The position numbers and the translations under genes were made by a program. Source: Hydrogenophaga intermedia (GTDB taxonomy: Bacteria; Pseudomonadota; Gammaproteobacteria; Burkholderiales; Burkholderiaceae_C). From it: a DNA stretch of 64,000 nucleotides. Where the stretch lies: assembly GCA_943371055.1 (NCBI GenBank), contig CALRTJ020000013.1, positions 33,518-97,517 on the forward strand, in the 5' to 3' direction. Below are positions 53,153 to 62,755 of this stretch, in pieces (the first letter of the stretch is position 1; each line of letters opens with the position of its first letter). A model generated the notes under the pieces. That model was not told the origin of the DNA and ran no database searches. It saw only the letters and a list, made by a program, of their open reading frames with translations.

Positions 53153-54570
53153 CGGGCGCTCTCCGCCAGGGGTTGGAAGGGCTGCGGGCGCGGCAGTTTG
53201 GCGGCGCAGTCGGCGTCCTCGCGGGCGCGGGCCAGCGCGGCGGCGTCGTCGTCCTGCTCGATGAAGCGCTGCACCGCCTCGCGCACGCAGGCCAGGCCCA
53301 GCAGGCCGTGACCGGCCTGCGGCGCCAGCAGCTGCACCGCCTGCGGGCCCAGGGCCTCGGCCACGCGCCGGGCATGGCGCGGCGGCGTCACCGGGTCCTG
53401 GCCACCGGACAGCAGCAGCACCGGTTGGCGCGCCGGCGGCAGGCGGGCGTGGTCGGCGGGCAGCGGGCGGCGCGGCCAGTCGGCGCAGACCTCGCGGTAC
53501 AGGCGCAGGCTGGCCTGGCCCACCGGGTGGGGCGTGCCGGCATCGGGGGGCAGCGGGTCCTCGGTGCAGACCACCGAGAAGTGCTCGCCCTCGGCCAGCA
53601 TCGGGCGGCTGCCGGCCGACAGGCTGCCGCCCAGGGTCAGCAGCGGGCCGAAGTCGCCGGCGGCGGCGCGGCGGATCGCGGCCGGCAGCGCGGCGGCCAT
53701 GGCTGGCTGGTAGAGCGCGGGACGCACCATCGCGGCCACGGCGTCGCGCTCGAGCCGGACCGTTTCCTCGCGGCCGGTCAGCGGGTGGCGCACGGTGGCG
53801 CGCTGCGGCAGACCGGCGAGCAGGGCCTGCCAGGCGGCGGTGGTGCCGGGCTGGGTGGCCTCGGCGCTGGCCAGCAGGGCGTCGAAGGCGGCCTGGCTGT
53901 CCTCGGCCATCGACTGCGCCAGGCCCATGCCGGGCGGCGCCACGCCGTCGAGCACCACGCGGCGCACGCTGGCCGGGAACTGGCGCTGGTAGTCCAGGGC
54001 CACGCGGGTGCCGTAGGACACGCCCACCACGTTGACCGGGCCCAGGCCCAGGGCCTGGCGCACGGCCTCGGCGTCCTGGCTGGCCAGGTCGGTGGTGTAG
54101 AAGCGCAGGTCGCCGTGCGGCAGGGCCTGCAGGCGCTGGCGGCATTCGCGCAGGCGCTGGCGCTCGGCCTCGCCGTCCAGGGCGCGGGCCAGCGGCCGGG
54201 TGGGGTCGGTCTTGTCCTCGCAGGTCAGCGGGGCGCTGCGGCCGGTGCCGCGCTGGTCGATCAGCACCAGGTCACGGCGCGTGGGCAGACGGCCCAGCAG
54301 GGCCTGGACCTGGGGGGCCAGGTCCAGTGCGCTCTGGCCGGGCCCGCCGGCGAAGAACAGCACCGGGTCGGGCTTGGGGTGGCGCGCCAGCGCGGGCAGC
54401 ACGGCCAGGTGCAGCTGCACCTGCGGGCCGTCCGGGCGGGCCGGGTCCAGCGGGCGGTTCAGGGTGGCGCAACGGGCCTCGTGGGCCAGGCCGGGCAGTC
54501 GGCAGGGCTGGGTGGCCAGGGGTGCGGCCAGGGCCAGGGGCGCCCACCCGGTCAGGGCGAGCGCCAGCAT
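53149..54570 (-). CDS. secreted alpha/beta hydrolase (S33 peptidase / TAP-like)
   Basis: A signal peptide is present. Oxyanion region FFAGGPGQS and nucleophile elbow GVSYG. The C-terminal SGGQDPVTP...AGHG is consistent with the Asp/His of the triad. ATGA overlap with the ATPase gene. Confidence 0.8.
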   Translation of the reverse strand: MLALALTGWAPLALAAPLATQPCRLPGLAHEARCATLNRPLDPARPDGPQVQLHLAVLPALARHPKPDPVLFFAGGPGQSALDLAPQVQALLGRLPTRRDLVLIDQRGTGRSAPLTCEDKTDPTRPLARALDGEAERQRLRECRQRLQALPHGDLRFYTTDLASQDAEAVRQALGLGPVNVVGVSYGTRVALDYQRQFPASVRRVVLDGVAPPGMGLAQSMAEDSQAAFDALLASAEATQPGTTAAWQALLAGLPQRATVRHPLTGREETVRLERDAVAAMVRPALYQPAMAAALPAAIRRAAAGDFGPLLTLGGSLSAGSRPMLAEGEHFSVVCTEDPLPPDAGTPHPVGQASLRLYREVCADWPRRPLPADHARLPPARQPVLLLSGGQDPVTPPRHARRVAEALGPQAVQLLAPQAGHGLLGLACVREAVQRFIEQDDDAAALARAREDADCAAKLPRPQPFQPLAESAR

Positions 54571-54736
54571 TGAAGGTCGGATCACCTGGGGGTTCCTCGG
54601 TGGGGCGTTCAACAAAGGGCGCAAGCCTACCCCAGCGCGGGGCGCGAACCGGGCGCCCCCGCGGTCCATGGCGGCCAGCGCGGCGCGGCCGGCTGGGGCA
54701 ACATCGCGGCTTTCCATCCTCGACCCCGGAGTCCCG

Positions 54737-55345
54737 ATGAAGCTCTACTACGCCCCTGGCGCCTGTTCGCTGGCCCCCCACATCGCGCTGCGCGAGGCCG
54801 GTCTGCCCTTCGAGGCGGTGGCGGTCAACCTCAGGACCCGCCAGCTGGCCGACGGCAGCGACTACCTGGCGATCAACCCCAAGGGCCAGGTGCCGATGCT
54901 GGAGCTGGACAACGGCCAGCGCCTGGCCGAGGGCCCGGTGATCCAGCAGTACATCGCCGACCAGGCGCCCGCCAGCGCCCTGGTGCCGCCGGCTGGCAGC
55001 TGGGAGCGCTACCGCGTGCTGGAGTGGCTGAACTTCATCACCAGCGAGCTGCACAAGGGCTTCTCGCCGCTGTTCAACCCGGCGGTGCCGGCCGAGGTCA
55101 AGTCGCTGTTCGCGGCCCGCGTCAAGGAGCGGCTGGCCTGGGTGGACGGCGAGCTGGCCGGCCGCGAGTACCTGACCGGTGCCGCCTTCACCATCGCCGA
55201 CAGCTACCTCTTCGTGGTCAGCAACTGGACCGCGCCCACCGGCATCGACATCAGCGACCTGCCCCACCTGGCCGCTTTCCGCGCCCGCGTGGCCGCCCGG
55301 CCGGCGGTGCAGGCGGCGATGCAGGCCGAGGGCCTGCTGAAGTGA
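54737..55345 (+). CDS. glutathione S-transferase (beta-class, GstA-like)
   Basis: MKLYYAPGACSLAPHIALREAG is a typical beta-class N-terminus with Cys10. 202 aa. Confidence 0.9.
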   Translation: MKLYYAPGACSLAPHIALREAGLPFEAVAVNLRTRQLADGSDYLAINPKGQVPMLELDNGQRLAEGPVIQQYIADQAPASALVPPAGSWERYRVLEWLNFITSELHKGFSPLFNPAVPAEVKSLFAARVKERLAWVDGELAGREYLTGAAFTIADSYLFVVSNWTAPTGIDISDLPHLAAFRARVAARPAVQAAMQAEGLLK

Positions 55346-55360
55346 CCCCGGGGGCCGGTC

Positions 55361-56908
55361 TCAGGCCTTGAGCAGCCCCTCGCAGGTGGCGCGTTGCGGG
55401 TCCGCGGCCGGCAGCGCGGCGCACACCGGGGCGAGCTGGCCGCGCAGCCGCCCCACCACCGCGGCCTGGCGGCCGTCGGCGTTCCAGCGCAGCAGCTGGG
55501 CCGAGACCTTCTGCAGCGCCCGCGCGCTGCGCTCGTGGAAGGCGGCGCCCTGGCCGGCGGCTTCGCGCAGCACCGCGCTGGCGGCGGCCTCGATGCGCGC
55601 CGCGTCCTGCGGCGCCAGCGCCACCAGCGCCTCGACATAGGTGGCGCCCCACTGCAGCCGGGTGGCGCCGCCGCTGGCGCGCTCGAAGGCCTGGCCGTAC
55701 CAGTCCAGTGCCTCGGCCGGGCGGCCCTGGCGGCGGGCGTTGCCGCCGAGCTGGCTCATCAGGTAGTGGGGCGAGTGGCTCTTGGCCAGGTTGGCCTTCA
55801 GCAGCGCGTCGCTCTCGGCCCACAGACCGGCGCGTGACAGGCCCCAGGCGGCGGCGGTGATGACCGCCTGGCGCTCGTTGCCGTCGCGCAGCTCGCGGTC
55901 GTGGCGGGCGGCGTCCTCGCGCACCTCCCGCTGCAGCGCGGCCGGCAGCGTGGGGTGCAGGGTGTCGGCGGGCTGGCCCAGGCGTTGCAGCTCGACGCGG
56001 GCGATCAGCGCGGCCAGCCGGTCGGCGCGCGAGAGCGAGGCGTCGGCCTGCAGGCGCTGGAGTGCGCGACCGTAGGCGTCGGACAGGGCGCGGCGGGCCG
56101 GGCCCTCGGCGGGGGCGGCGGTGCCCACCACCTCGGCCGGCGCGTTGACCAGCACGTCCATCAGGGCCCGGCTGGCGGCGGCGTCGGCCAGCACGGCCTG
56201 CAGGCGCTGGCGGGTGCCGTCGTCGGCCTTCAGGCCCGGGCCCTCGCCGCTGGCGGCCAGGGCCTTGAGCAGCAGGCGGTCGGCGCTGGCGCGCTCGCCG
56301 CGCGGGCAGCGTGCCGCCAGCTCGGCCAGCAGGGCCGGGCGCTGGGCGGCGGGCACCAGGCGGTCCTCGTCGGTGTCCCAGCCGTAGAAGGCCAGCAGCT
56401 GCCACTCGGCCGGGCGCAGCGCGCGGCCGGCGCGGGCGTCGGCCAGCACCGCGGCCACCGGGCGCCCGCCGGACAGGCCCAGCTGCAGCACCCGCATCAC
56501 CTGCGGCGCGTCGACCTCGCCGGGCAGGCGGGTGATCTCCTGGCCCTGCTCGCCCAGCAGGACCATGGTGGGGTAGCCGCGCACCTTGAAGCGGGCCGCC
56601 AGGCGCTGCGCCCCGGGGGCGTCGCCGTCCAGGTAGAGCGGCAGCACGGCCTGGCTGCGGGCGATGAAATCCTGGCGGTTGAACAGCGTGGCCTTGAGCT
56701 GGTTGCAGGGCGGGCACCAGACCGCGCCCCAGTACAGCAGCAGCGGCTTGTGCTGCTCGCGGGCCTGGGCGAAGGCGCGCTCGATGTCGGCCTCGTCCTG
56801 CACCGCCTGCCAGGCCACGCCGGGCGGCATCTGGCCGGGCAAGGCGTGCAGCGCGGGGGCGGTGGCGGTCAGCAGGGTGGCCAGCAGCAGGGGACGCAGG
56901 GGCTTCAT
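55361..56908 (-). CDS. periplasmic thioredoxin-fold protein with a long helical (TPR-like) C-terminal domain
   Basis: A signal peptide is present. The thioredoxin-like domain carries WCPPC, and about 370 aa of helical region follow. Confidence 0.7.
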   Translation of the reverse strand: MKPLRPLLLATLLTATAPALHALPGQMPPGVAWQAVQDEADIERAFAQAREQHKPLLLYWGAVWCPPCNQLKATLFNRQDFIARSQAVLPLYLDGDAPGAQRLAARFKVRGYPTMVLLGEQGQEITRLPGEVDAPQVMRVLQLGLSGGRPVAAVLADARAGRALRPAEWQLLAFYGWDTDEDRLVPAAQRPALLAELAARCPRGERASADRLLLKALAASGEGPGLKADDGTRQRLQAVLADAAASRALMDVLVNAPAEVVGTAAPAEGPARRALSDAYGRALQRLQADASLSRADRLAALIARVELQRLGQPADTLHPTLPAALQREVREDAARHDRELRDGNERQAVITAAAWGLSRAGLWAESDALLKANLAKSHSPHYLMSQLGGNARRQGRPAEALDWYGQAFERASGGATRLQWGATYVEALVALAPQDAARIEAAASAVLREAAGQGAAFHERSARALQKVSAQLLRWNADGRQAAVVGRLRGQLAPVCAALPAADPQRATCEGLLKA

Positions 56909-57702
56909 CGGGGGGGCTCCGGGGGATCGGGCGATTCTGGGGTGGCGGGCGCGGCCGTGCCATCGGGGGCGGCCTCGGGATCGCCCAGCGCGGCCTGCGC
57001 CGGCTCGTCGGGTGGCGGCTCGGCGTGGGCGCGGGCCAGGGCCATCCACAGGGCCAGGGTCAGCGTGAACGGGCGCTGCGGCGCCGGGCGCAGCACCTCC
57101 AGCGCGCCGCCGGCGGTCGCCTGCATCACGCCGAAGGGCTCGGGGATCTCGTCGGCGTGGCCGATGCCGGCGGCCAGCACGTACCAGCACTCGCCGGCCA
57201 GGGCGAGGTAGGCCTCGCCCTTGGCGGGGCGGCGCAGGTCGGCCAACAGGTCGGCGCGGTGCACCTTGACCTCGTGCGCGATCGGCCGCACCAGGTCTTC
57301 GCGGGTGGTGTGGCGGATCGAATAGACGTCGGGCATGGCCATCGCCCAGCGGGTGCGGGACTGGCCGTCGGCGCCCGCCTCGACCCGCGGGGCGCGCAGC
57401 GACAGGCCGCGCCAGGCCAGGCGGCCGGCGCGCTGCATCTCGGTCACCACCCGCGCCACCAGGGCCTCGTGGCCGTCGCGGGCGCGCTGGTGGCCGCGGC
57501 GGGCGGCGGCCAGCACGGCCACGCCGGCGTCGGTCAGGCGCAGGGTCTCGTGGCCACCGGGGCCCTGCCGGCGCTCCACCCAGCCGGCGGCCAGCAGCTC
57601 CAGCTCGACCCCGTCGTGGTGGGGCCAGCCGGCCGAGCGCCACAGCGCCAGCAGGCGGCGGCGCTGGGGCAGGCTGGGCACGATGGATGACGCACCGGAC
57701 AT
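56905..57702 (-). CDS. MmcB-like PD-(D/E)XK-fold protein (putative DNA repair nuclease family, DUF1052-like)
   Basis: MPDVYSIR...HEVKVHRADLLADL...GECWYVL resembles the D...E-x-K core and layout of MmcB-family proteins, from memory. Its stop overlaps the start of the thioredoxin-fold gene. Confidence 0.5.
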   Translation of the reverse strand: MSGASSIVPSLPQRRRLLALWRSAGWPHHDGVELELLAAGWVERRQGPGGHETLRLTDAGVAVLAAARRGHQRARDGHEALVARVVTEMQRAGRLAWRGLSLRAPRVEAGADGQSRTRWAMAMPDVYSIRHTTREDLVRPIAHEVKVHRADLLADLRRPAKGEAYLALAGECWYVLAAGIGHADEIPEPFGVMQATAGGALEVLRPAPQRPFTLTLALWMALARAHAEPPPDEPAQAALGDPEAAPDGTAAPATPESPDPPEPPR

Positions 57703-57725
57703 GCGGACATGCTAGCCTGGGGCGC

Positions 57726-58826
57726 ATGGGGCAGGATCCGCACGACCCGGCCGCAGCCGCCGCGCTGCACCGGGCTTTCCAGCACTACCAGGCGGGCGAT
57801 TTCGGCGCGGCCGCGGCGCGGCTGCAGGCCCTGCTGACGCGCGAGCCCGATCACCCCGAAGCCCGGCTGCGCCTGGCGATCTGCCTGCAACGCCTGGACC
57901 GGCACGCCGAGGTGCTGGCCCTGGCCGACGCGCTGCTGGCCCAAGACCCGGCCCGCCCGGTGCTGCTGGACCTGCGCGCCAAGTCGCTGTGGCGGCTGGG
58001 CCGCCTGGACGAGGCCGCCGCCGCCGGCACCGCCGCGCTGCGCGCCAAGGACGCCGCCCAGCCCGATCCGCAGCCGCCCTGGCCGCGGCCCGCCGGACCG
58101 CTGCCGCCCGGGCGTGGCGTGGTGTCGATGTCGCTGTGGGGCGCACAGCCGCGCCACCTGCGCGGCGCGCTGCGCAACGCCCTGCTGATGCCCGACCTCT
58201 ACCCTGGCTGGGGCCTGCGGGTGCACGCCGACGACAGCGTGCCCGCGCCCTTCCTGGAGGCCCTGCGCGCCCTGCAGGTGGACCTGCGCCTTCAGCCCGC
58301 CGGCCAGACCCTGCGCCAGCGCCAATGCTGGCGCTTCACGGTGGCGGACGATCCGGCGGTGGGCCGCTACCTGGTGCGTGACGCCGACGCGGTGATCAGC
58401 CCGCGCGAGGCCGCGCTGGTCGAGGCCTGGGTCGGCTCGGGCCGCCCGTTTCACGTCATCCGCGACTGGTGGACCCACACCGAGCCGATGCTGGCCGGCC
58501 TGTGGGGCGGCGTGGTCGGTGCCCTGCCGCCGATGGCCGAGGCCCTGGCCCGCAGCGACCCCGGCCACGACGAGGACCCCGGCGCCGACCAGACCTTCCT
58601 GCGCACCCAGGTCTGGCCGCGGGTGCGCCGCCACGTGCTGGTGCACGACCGCTGCTTCTCGATGCCCGGCAGCCTGCGGGTGCCGGCGCCGATGGGCGCT
58701 TTCCACATCGGCCAGGACGAGCACGCCGCCCACCCGCGGCGCCAGCGCGCGCTGCTGGCGGCCTGGATCGAGCGCCTGCCCTGCCTGCAAGACCCGGCCG
58801 ACGACGCGCCCGGGCCCGGCGCGTAG
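57726..58826 (+). CDS. TPR-repeat protein with an uncharacterised C-terminal domain
   Basis: The N-terminus has TPR-like helices (YQAGDFGAAAARLQALLTREPDHPEARLRLAICL). The C-terminal 240 aa are unrecognised. Confidence 0.6.
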   Translation: MGQDPHDPAAAAALHRAFQHYQAGDFGAAAARLQALLTREPDHPEARLRLAICLQRLDRHAEVLALADALLAQDPARPVLLDLRAKSLWRLGRLDEAAAAGTAALRAKDAAQPDPQPPWPRPAGPLPPGRGVVSMSLWGAQPRHLRGALRNALLMPDLYPGWGLRVHADDSVPAPFLEALRALQVDLRLQPAGQTLRQRQCWRFTVADDPAVGRYLVRDADAVISPREAALVEAWVGSGRPFHVIRDWWTHTEPMLAGLWGGVVGALPPMAEALARSDPGHDEDPGADQTFLRTQVWPRVRRHVLVHDRCFSMPGSLRVPAPMGAFHIGQDEHAAHPRRQRALLAAWIERLPCLQDPADDAPGPGA

Positions 58827-58836
58827 CATCGCGCCC

Positions 58837-59700
58837 ATGGACACCCTCACCTCACCGCGGCCCGTCGAGGCCCTGGTCATCGGCCGCCCCACGCGCGACG
58901 GCGCCGGCGTGCGCCTGACCCGCGTGCTCACCAGCGACCTGCAGCACCGGCTGGACCCCTTCCTGATGCTCGACGCCTTCGGCTCGGACGAGGCGGCCGA
59001 CTACATCGCCGGCTTTCCCGACCACCCGCACCGCGGCGTCGAGACGGTGACCTACATGATCGCCGGGCGCATGCGCCACCGCGACTCGGCCGGCCACGAG
59101 GGCCTGCTGGAGAACGGCGGCGTGCAGTGGATGACGGCCGGGCGCGGCGTGATCCACAGCGAACTGCCCGAGCAGGAAGAAGGTCGGATGGAGGGCTTCC
59201 AGCTGTGGCTGAACCTGCCGGCGCGCGACAAGCTGTGCGCGCCCTGGTACCAGGACTTCCAGGCGGCCCAGGTGCCCGAGGTGCGCCATCCCGGCGCCAC
59301 CGTGCGGGTGATCGCCGGCCAGCACGCCGGGGTCGATGGCGCGGTGCGCCGCGAGGCCACCGAGCCGCTCTACCTGGACATCGAACTGGCGCCCGGTGCG
59401 GTGCTGGAGCAGGCCCTGCCCGATCGGCACAACGCCTTCGTCTACGTCTACCGCGGCGCCCTGCAGGTGGGCCCGGGCGAGGGCGAGGCGGTGGCGCTGC
59501 AGCGCATGGCCCTGCTGGCCAACAGGCCCGGCAGCGATGGCGTGCGCCTGCGCAATGCCGGCGCCGAGCCGGCGCGGGCCCTGCTGATCGCCGGCCGCCC
59601 GCTGGACGAGCCGATCGTCCAGTACGGCCCCTTCGTGATGAACACGGTGGAGCAGATCCACCAGGCGGTCGACGACTTCCGCAGCGGCCGCCTGGCCTGA
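58837..59700 (+). CDS. pirin-family protein
   Basis: FPDHPHRGVETVTYM and GGVQWMTAGRGVIHSE are pirin cupin motifs. Confidence 0.9.
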   Translation: MDTLTSPRPVEALVIGRPTRDGAGVRLTRVLTSDLQHRLDPFLMLDAFGSDEAADYIAGFPDHPHRGVETVTYMIAGRMRHRDSAGHEGLLENGGVQWMTAGRGVIHSELPEQEEGRMEGFQLWLNLPARDKLCAPWYQDFQAAQVPEVRHPGATVRVIAGQHAGVDGAVRREATEPLYLDIELAPGAVLEQALPDRHNAFVYVYRGALQVGPGEGEAVALQRMALLANRPGSDGVRLRNAGAEPARALLIAGRPLDEPIVQYGPFVMNTVEQIHQAVDDFRSGRLA

Positions 59701-59735
59701 TCCGCCGCTCCGGGCCGGGCCCGGGGCATGGCCCG

Positions 59736-61040
59736 TCAGCGCTCCTTGCGCAGCGCGCCGGAGGCGTCGGCGCCGGTGCCGAACATGAACACGGTGTAGA
59801 CGCCCTGGGCGTCCAGCGTGGTGTCGGTCAGGCTCAGCAGCGGGGTGCTCGACAGGGCCGAGCTCACCTCCACCGTGGCGGCGCTGCTCGAGGCCAGGGC
59901 CTTGGGCGTGGACACGGTGCCCACCGCCACGTCGGTGGCCACGGCGGCGTAGTCCACGGTCAGCGCCAGCGGGTAGTCGTCCATGCCGTTCATCGCGTTG
60001 AGCAGGCGCAGCTTGAGCTTGGTGCTGGTGGTGGGCAGGCGGTTGTCGTCGTCGATCAGCACCATCGACGGGCTGGCGGCGTCGCCGTAGACCAGCACGG
60101 TGTAGTCGCTGCCGGCGGTCAGGGTGCTGGTCAGGCTGCTCATGGCCACGCCCGCGGCGGTGCCGCTGAAGGTCACGCTGCCGGCGTCCACCAGCGCGTA
60201 GCTGGAGATGGTGGGCGAGGGGGCGTTGGAGATCAGGCTCTGGCTGCCCGCGGCCACGGCCACCCGGCCGTTGCCCGACACGCCGCCGACCACGCGCACG
60301 CGGGCCTGGGTGTTGAGCAGCGGGGTGACCGCGCCGCCCTCGACCAGCTGCAGGCCGTGCACCAGCACGCCCGAGGGACCGGGCGTCAGCACCAGCATCA
60401 CCACGGTGGTGCTGGTGAGCACCACGCCCGAGACGTCCAGCCGCAGGTCGTCGACCTCGTCGTTGCCGGTGACGCGCAGGCGCCAGGTGCCGGCGGTGAC
60501 GGTGGCGGCACTGGACTGCGAGCCGGCACCGACCGCGCTGGCGATCGGGGTGGCCGACGACAGCTCGTCGTCCTCGGCGGTCAGGTAGACGTCCAGGGTG
60601 CCGGCGTCGGAGGCGGTGTTGAGCACCGTGACGGTGGTCTTGCCGCTGTCGGCCGCGTCGGTGTCGTCGGTGAAGATGGCGGACTTCAGCGCGCCTTCCC
60701 AGCCGTAGGCGACGATGGTGTATTCACTGCCGGCCGACAGGCTGCGGCTTTGGGTGAGCAGGTAGGTGGACGAGCCGTGGCTGGTCAGCGAGACGTCCAC
60801 GGTGTCGGCGCTGAGGTCCTTGTAGCCGCTGGTGCTGCCGAACTCGACGGCCGAGATCTTGAGCGTGTCGTCCACGTAGGCATCGATCGAGGCATAGCCT
60901 GCGCTGGCGTTGACCAGGCGCACCGAGGCGTCGTTGCCGCCGCCGCCGCAGCCCACCAGGGTGCCCAGCGGGGCTGCCGCCATCAGGCCCAGGAAATGGC
61001 GTTTGGTGATCGGGGCTTGGGGCACGGGCTTCTCCTGCAT
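59736..61040 (-). CDS. DUF4397 repeat lipoprotein
   Basis: The LVGC lipobox follows a hydrophobic signal. Repeated modules match the DUF4397 pattern (VRLVNASAG..IDAYVD, VTVLNTASDAGTLDVYL, LRLLNAMNG). The start could be further upstream. Confidence 0.7.
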   Translation of the reverse strand: MQEKPVPQAPITKRHFLGLMAAAPLGTLVGCGGGGNDASVRLVNASAGYASIDAYVDDTLKISAVEFGSTSGYKDLSADTVDVSLTSHGSSTYLLTQSRSLSAGSEYTIVAYGWEGALKSAIFTDDTDAADSGKTTVTVLNTASDAGTLDVYLTAEDDELSSATPIASAVGAGSQSSAATVTAGTWRLRVTGNDEVDDLRLDVSGVVLTSTTVVMLVLTPGPSGVLVHGLQLVEGGAVTPLLNTQARVRVVGGVSGNGRVAVAAGSQSLISNAPSPTISSYALVDAGSVTFSGTAAGVAMSSLTSTLTAGSDYTVLVYGDAASPSMVLIDDDNRLPTTSTKLKLRLLNAMNGMDDYPLALTVDYAAVATDVAVGTVSTPKALASSSAATVEVSSALSSTPLLSLTDTTLDAQGVYTVFMFGTGADASGALRKER

Positions 61041-61274
61041 CGGTTCTGGATCGGTTGGAGCGCCGATTGTGCGCCGCCGCATGTTGCCGCCGTGTTGCCC
61101 GGGCGTGGCCCGGCGGTGAACGCCCGGGCCAGGGTGATCCGAGAATAACCGCACCCTTCCGGGGTTCATTTTTCGCGGACGCCGCCGATCAAGGGAGGCA
61201 CATTGAACGTCGGGCGCCTGTCCGCGCGCGCCGCCTCAACGTTCACGTCCACGAACTGCCCGCTCCGCTGTCCC

Positions 61275-62693
61275 ATGAACCCTCCATCACGAACCCTCTC
61301 CACCCGCCTGTCCCTGAAGGCGGACCGCCTCATGCTCGCGGCCCTGGTGGCCTCGACCCTGCTGGCGGCCGCGCTCGGGGTGCACTACGACCAGCTCGGC
61401 CTGGCGCTGGCCGTCGGGTTGCCGTTGTGCGCGCTGGGCGCGGCGGGGGTGTTCGCGGCGCCGGGCCAGGTGCTGACCCGCCTGCTGCTGGGGGCCACCC
61501 TGATGGCCAGCGTGGGCCTGCACATCCAGCTCGCCCGTGGCCAGTACGAGACCCACTTCGGCGTCTTCGTGGTGCTGGCCTTCATGCTGATCTACCGCGA
61601 CTGGCGCCCGGTGGTCGCCGCAGCGGCCGTGGCGGCGGTGCACCACGTGCTGTTCGACCGCCTGCAGGCCGCGGGCCTGGGCACCTACTGCCTGACCGAA
61701 CCTGATTTCCTGCGGGTGATGGTCCACGCCGGCTACGTGGTGGTGCAGACCGGCTTCGAGGTCTACATGGCCCTGCTGATGCGCCAGGCCGCCGACCAGG
61801 GCACCGAGCTCAGCCTGCTGGTCGAGCATGTGCAGGGCAGTGGCCGCGTCGCATTGGACGTGCACGACCTGTCCGCCGACAGCCGCGCCGGGCGCGAGCT
61901 CAAGACCGCGCTGATGTCCCTGCACGAGACCCTGAACACCGTGCGCCGCAGCATCGGCAGCATCCAGGTCGCCTCCTCCGAGATCGCCAGCGGCAGCCTG
62001 GACCTGAGCGGCCGCACCGAGCAGACCGCCGGCCACCTGCAGCAGACCGCCTCGTCGATGGTGCAGCTCAGCGGCACCGTCCAGCAGACCGCCGACTCGG
62101 CCCGCAACGCCAGCGCGCTGGCCGGCTCCGCCGCCGAAGTGGCGCAGCGCGGCGGCCAGGTGGTGGCCCAGGTGGTCAACACCATGGGCGAGATCCACGG
62201 CGCTTCGCAAAAGATCGCCGACATCATCGGCGTGATCGACGGGATCGCCTTCCAGACCAACATCCTGGCGCTCAACGCGGCGGTGGAAGCCGCCCGCGCC
62301 GGTGAGCAGGGCCGCGGCTTTGCCGTGGTGGCCGGCGAGGTGCGCAGCCTGGCCGGCCGCTCGGCCGAGGCCGCGCGCGAGATCAAGACCCTGATCAGCG
62401 CCAGCGTCGAGCGCGTGGACGCGGGCACCCGCCTGGTCGAGGACGCCGGCAGCACCATGCAGGAGATCGTCTCTTCGGTGCAGCGCGTGGCCGACATCAT
62501 CCGCGAGATCACCGACGCCACCCAGGCCCAGAGCCAGGGCATCGCCCAGGTCAGCGGCGCGGTGCACCAGCTCGACGCCGCCACCCAGCAGAACGCCGCC
62601 CTGGTCGAGCAGAGCTCGGCGGCGGCCGACAGCCTCAAGCACCAGGCCCAGCAGCTGGCCGAGGCCCTGGACGGCATCCGCCTGCGCGGCTGA
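61275..62693 (+). CDS. methyl-accepting chemotaxis protein with a multi-TM N-terminal domain
   Basis: The highly conserved MCP signalling hairpin is present: [37 protein letters not shown]. Confidence 0.85.
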   Translation: MNPPSRTLSTRLSLKADRLMLAALVASTLLAAALGVHYDQLGLALAVGLPLCALGAAGVFAAPGQVLTRLLLGATLMASVGLHIQLARGQYETHFGVFVVLAFMLIYRDWRPVVAAAAVAAVHHVLFDRLQAAGLGTYCLTEPDFLRVMVHAGYVVVQTGFEVYMALLMRQAADQGTELSLLVEHVQGSGRVALDVHDLSADSRAGRELKTALMSLHETLNTVRRSIGSIQVASSEIASGSLDLSGRTEQTAGHLQQTASSMVQLSGTVQQTADSARNASALAGSAAEVAQRGGQVVAQVVNTMGEIHGASQKIADIIGVIDGIAFQTNILALNAAVEAARAGEQGRGFAVVAGEVRSLAGRSAEAAREIKTLISASVERVDAGTRLVEDAGSTMQEIVSSVQRVADIIREITDATQAQSQGIAQVSGAVHQLDAATQQNAALVEQSSAAADSLKHQAQQLAEALDGIRLRG

Positions 62694-62755
62694 GCCCCGG
62701 CGCCGGGGCGCGCCTAAGATCGGGGGGCCATGGGCCCCCTGTTCCGTTTCCGCTG

